A stretch of 64,000 nt of DNA from Lepidodermella squamata (taxonomy: Eukaryota > Animalia > Gastrotricha): NCBI GenBank assembly GCA_047495785.1, contig JBLDXI010000015.1, positions 3,224,001 to 3,288,000 on the forward strand, given 5' to 3'. Both the position numbers and the translations under genes were made by a program. This document shows, one piece after another, positions 60,969 to 64,000 of this stretch. Position 1 is the first letter of the stretch; each line of letters starts with the position of its first letter. The notes below the pieces were generated by a model, which was not told the DNA's origin, ran no database searches, and saw only the letters and a program-made list of their open reading frames with translations.

Positions 60969-61704
60969 AGATTCCAGGTTGATTGATTGAGCAATTAGTG
61001 ATCAAAGTTATTAAAGCTCTTGCATTTGATTGACCAACTCAATTTACGTTTTCAATTTTTTGAATGCTGGGTTGAAAAGATAATTATCTCAATTTTCTGT
61101 TATGCTTTTTCGAAGTCCCTTCCAAAGCCGGTATTATGTGCCAATGCAAATGAATGTGCTGTGCATATTGGGCAGAGAAGCCATTGAAACATTATCCGAA
61201 TTTCGAATTAAACTGTTCTGCTAATAAAACTTGTAATCCGCGAATCGAATTTCGGTTCACTTGATTGATATGTCTGAAATCAAATGTTTATTTATTTCTA
61301 GATTTTAAGGACGGTTTGACCATCTTAATCTTGCTGCTCCCCTGAACCTTGAACAGACGCAAGGGATCGTTTGGAAGTTGGCTTTTTTACTTGGTATACC
61401 AATTCATTTGGTGAAAACTACTATCGATCTGATTTATAGCACCTGTATGTAAATTGAATTTTACATTGAAACGCGTGGAATTTCTAATAAGAAGTTCGTC
61501 AGTTCGTTGATTTATTGGATCAAAGTTGGAACCTTTTGAACCAACTTTGGTTCTGGTATCGCTTCTTCGTACATATTGCCCTGTTTTTTTCAAGTTGTTG
61601 CTCGCGTGGATATTACGACGCACTGCCATATATGCAAATATTTTTGCTGATTCTGTTGGCAATCAATTTAGAACGCGGTCAGCTCGAAGGTCGTCATCCA
61701 CTTT

Positions 61705-61899
61705 ATCGCTTCTCGGCCTTTTTGGCTATGATCAAAGTGTAGTATCTGTTCTTTGTAGTTTAATATCTACAACGGCCTCCATGTGGGGCCTACGATATTA
61801 GCCCTATTTTTGGCTAGCCGGGCGGGAGCAGCCAGCTTGCTGGACCCCGTCCACGAGTCGGCCCGGTATTGCAGTACCTCCGGGATTCGGCTCACCCCC
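61705..61899 (+). ncRNA. U2: U2 snRNA
   Basis: Identical full-length copy. Confidence 0.97.
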
Positions 61900-62325
61900 T
61901 GAAACATGGGGGCATGAAACAAAAACAAATATTTAGTCAGAAGAACCTGCATTTTTACTAGTTCTTTCTACAATGCAAGGTTTGTGTAAGGATGTGCCAA
62001 TGGTATCGGCGCAATGACTTTGCAGTATTGTGCAGTATTGTGATTTTCATGTGACAACTAATTAGGAAGTGGTCCCTAGTTCGACTTAGTTTTTTATCGC
62101 TAGTATTTAAGCCCTTGTATTCATCGATGAACAATGATCGGTTCAAGTCTTCCTAAAGGAGTATGGACTAATGCCTGGCCAAGTCTTGACATTGCCATGG
62201 CAGTTTGAGAACGCTTATCGGAGGAAAGGCTAAAGTTGATAAAGATTTGATGCATTCTGGAAAGAAGGATGATTCGGGCGTTTATTCCGTTAACTGATAT
62301 TACAAGCAACAAATTAAATTAATTA

Positions 62326-62876
62326 GCATAGCATAGCATAGCATAGCATAGCATTTTCTTTATTTTATCTTTTCCTTCATTAATTGATCAACAATAACAT
62401 AACAAAAACAATTGAGTTCAAGTACAGAAACGAAGAAACAAAAATGAGAAGGAAAAATGATAAAATAAAATTCACTCCGGTGTACCAGTGTAGAAGATGG
62501 ACATCTTGCCGAAAGGGGGATATAGGTAAGGGTCCCCCCTTATATCGTTTAAGTTTCCGCAGGGGTCAGGGAAAAAATCATAAGGGTCCCCCCTGTGGTT
62601 AGGCTTCGAGCCCGAGGGCTCGAAGCAGGGACAATCCCCCCCGTCCCCCCCGCCATCTTCGACACTGCGGTGTACCCAATATCGCCGGGCGTGATGTAAA
62701 TTTTGTTCACGCCAAGCGAACCGAGTGTCGGAGGAGGACCGGTAGCAAGCTACCTATCCTGATCGTCAACCTCAAAAACTCATCCTTACTCTGATATTTC
62801 AATTTCACCAAAATAACTATGAATTTTTTGTCTCCAAGTAGTTCTATCCTGGGCCAGGGCGTCGGCCTCCTTCAAC
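62326..62876 (-). mobile_element. 5'-truncated RTE-like LINE with (ATGCT)n tail
   Basis: 14-bp TSD AATTAAATTAATTA (62312-25 and 62877-90), absent from the paralogous site near 55800. The minus strand encodes EADALAQDRTTWRQKI. Confidence 0.85.
62486..62667. mobile_element. hAT-type MITE nested in the RTE fragment
   Basis: CAGTGTAGAAGATGG...CCATCTTCGACACTG with 8-bp TSD CGGTGTAC. Confidence 0.88.
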
Positions 62877-62923
62877 AATTAAATTAATTATAATCATCAA
62901 TCGTAGAGTTATTGCTGATAAAT

Positions 62924-63358
62924 ATGGTACTGTTTGTCCGATCTGCTAAGGCGGCCGCGAAGAACGATGAACGTTATAAATGTCATTTTTGTGACTTCAC
63001 CCATATGACTAAGAAAGGGGTTTCGAAACACAGTCGAAGTTCGCATCCCGATGAAATTGCCAAGCTGCCGAATGCCGTGAAATGTCCATTTTGCGATGTG
63101 GCTTTCCCGAACGCCTTAAGCTTGCGAAGTCACTGCGCGGGAGCAGAGAAATGCCGTGGCCCTGAGAAACTGTGGAAATGTCGATTCTGCGATATGAGTT
63201 ACAATGAATTTGGAAAAAGGAATAGCCATGAGCGCCTGAACCACCAAGAATTGTTCGGATCGCAACCTGGTGCGCTGCAATGTTCGAAATGCAAGGATTT
63301 CGCATTGTCTAGACGAAGTCTGACCTGGCATATGAAAACTTGCGGCCTAGAACTTTGA
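62924..63358 (+). CDS. Small 4-finger protein paralog, 144 aa
   Basis: MVLFVR start, intact; nearly identical to 45093-45527 in its 3' part. Confidence 0.75.
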   Translation: MVLFVRSAKAAAKNDERYKCHFCDFTHMTKKGVSKHSRSSHPDEIAKLPNAVKCPFCDVAFPNALSLRSHCAGAEKCRGPEKLWKCRFCDMSYNEFGKRNSHERLNHQELFGSQPGALQCSKCKDFALSRRSLTWHMKTCGLEL

Positions 63359-63911
63359 CCTAGAATCTAGAGCTCTGTTAGTCTGCTCTTCTCGAACCTC
63401 TTTCGCGATATATTTAATATATTTTATCACTGAATTCGCCTTTTTTATTCTTAGATGATAGCTGGATTAAACATTTATTAGGCTGATTCAAGATGGATTC
63501 TCTCGATTGTGAAAATTGTTGCAGAAATAGCACCCACATTTCGCAAATTGAAAACTCAAAGCTGAGTTCTGATGGTTGGAAATAAATTCTGTCGTTAAAC
63601 TGTTGCAATCTGCATAGCTTTTTCATTCGGAGGCCTTTTCTGTTGGGTACGATGAGTTTCGATGCAATTTATATTAGCTTTGATTCTTTTTTGCGTAGTC
63701 TCTCTCGACTTCCATAGATGAAAATTTGGTTACTGAAATTTCTAACACAAATGATTGGATTTATCCTATGATCTCAGGATCAACCCTTGATGATGCTAAT
63801 TCCGTTTTTCATTAACCAAGGCTGAGCAGCTATTATATATGTGAATACTGTTGCTAATTCTGCTGGCGATTGATTTAGAACGCGGTCAGCTCGAAGTTCG
63901 TCATCCCTTTT

Positions 63912-64000
63912 ATCGCTTCTCGGCCTTTTTGGCTATGATCAAAGTGTAGTATCTGTTCTTTGTAGTTTAATATCTACAACGGCCTCCATGTGGGGCCTAC
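63912..64000 (+). ncRNA. U2: U2 snRNA (cut by window end)
   Basis: U2 nt 1-89, identical to the other copies. Confidence 0.95.

Noticed and set aside
40183-64000. Regularly recurring identical repeats with unique spacers, resembling a CRISPR-like array
   Set aside because: The repeats are 195-nt U2 snRNA genes with kb-scale spacers in a eukaryotic context; no cas genes are present.

Overview
Eukaryotic (invertebrate-type) DNA with very short introns of about 45-60 nt. The first 26 kb holds ordinary genes (7TM fragment, kringle/PAN protein, GT6-like + fucosyltransferase-like fusion, CD225, LIM, DUF229). From 27 to 64 kb there is an expanded zinc-finger family with an unrecognised N-terminal 4x(CxxC) module, interleaved from 40 kb with an array of U2 snRNA genes. 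The window has 12 U2 copies, and 6 are paired tail-to-tail with tRNA-Ala(AGC). The main find is an intact 5.4 kb two-ORF APE-RT non-LTR retrotransposon (11969-17411) inserted at the branch-point recognition region of a U2 gene. Its motifs are Jockey/I-group-like, not Tx1 (Keno) or RLE (Utopia). It is preceded by an extra copy of U2 nt 1-36, has no poly(A) tail, and its ORF1 contains a ubiquitin C-terminus mimic (LHQVLRLRGG). Also present: an intronless PQQ beta-propeller gene (HGT candidate), a candidate structured ncRNA divergent from one U2 gene, tRNA pseudogenes and nested MITEs. Exon boundaries and family calls were made by eye, without database searches.
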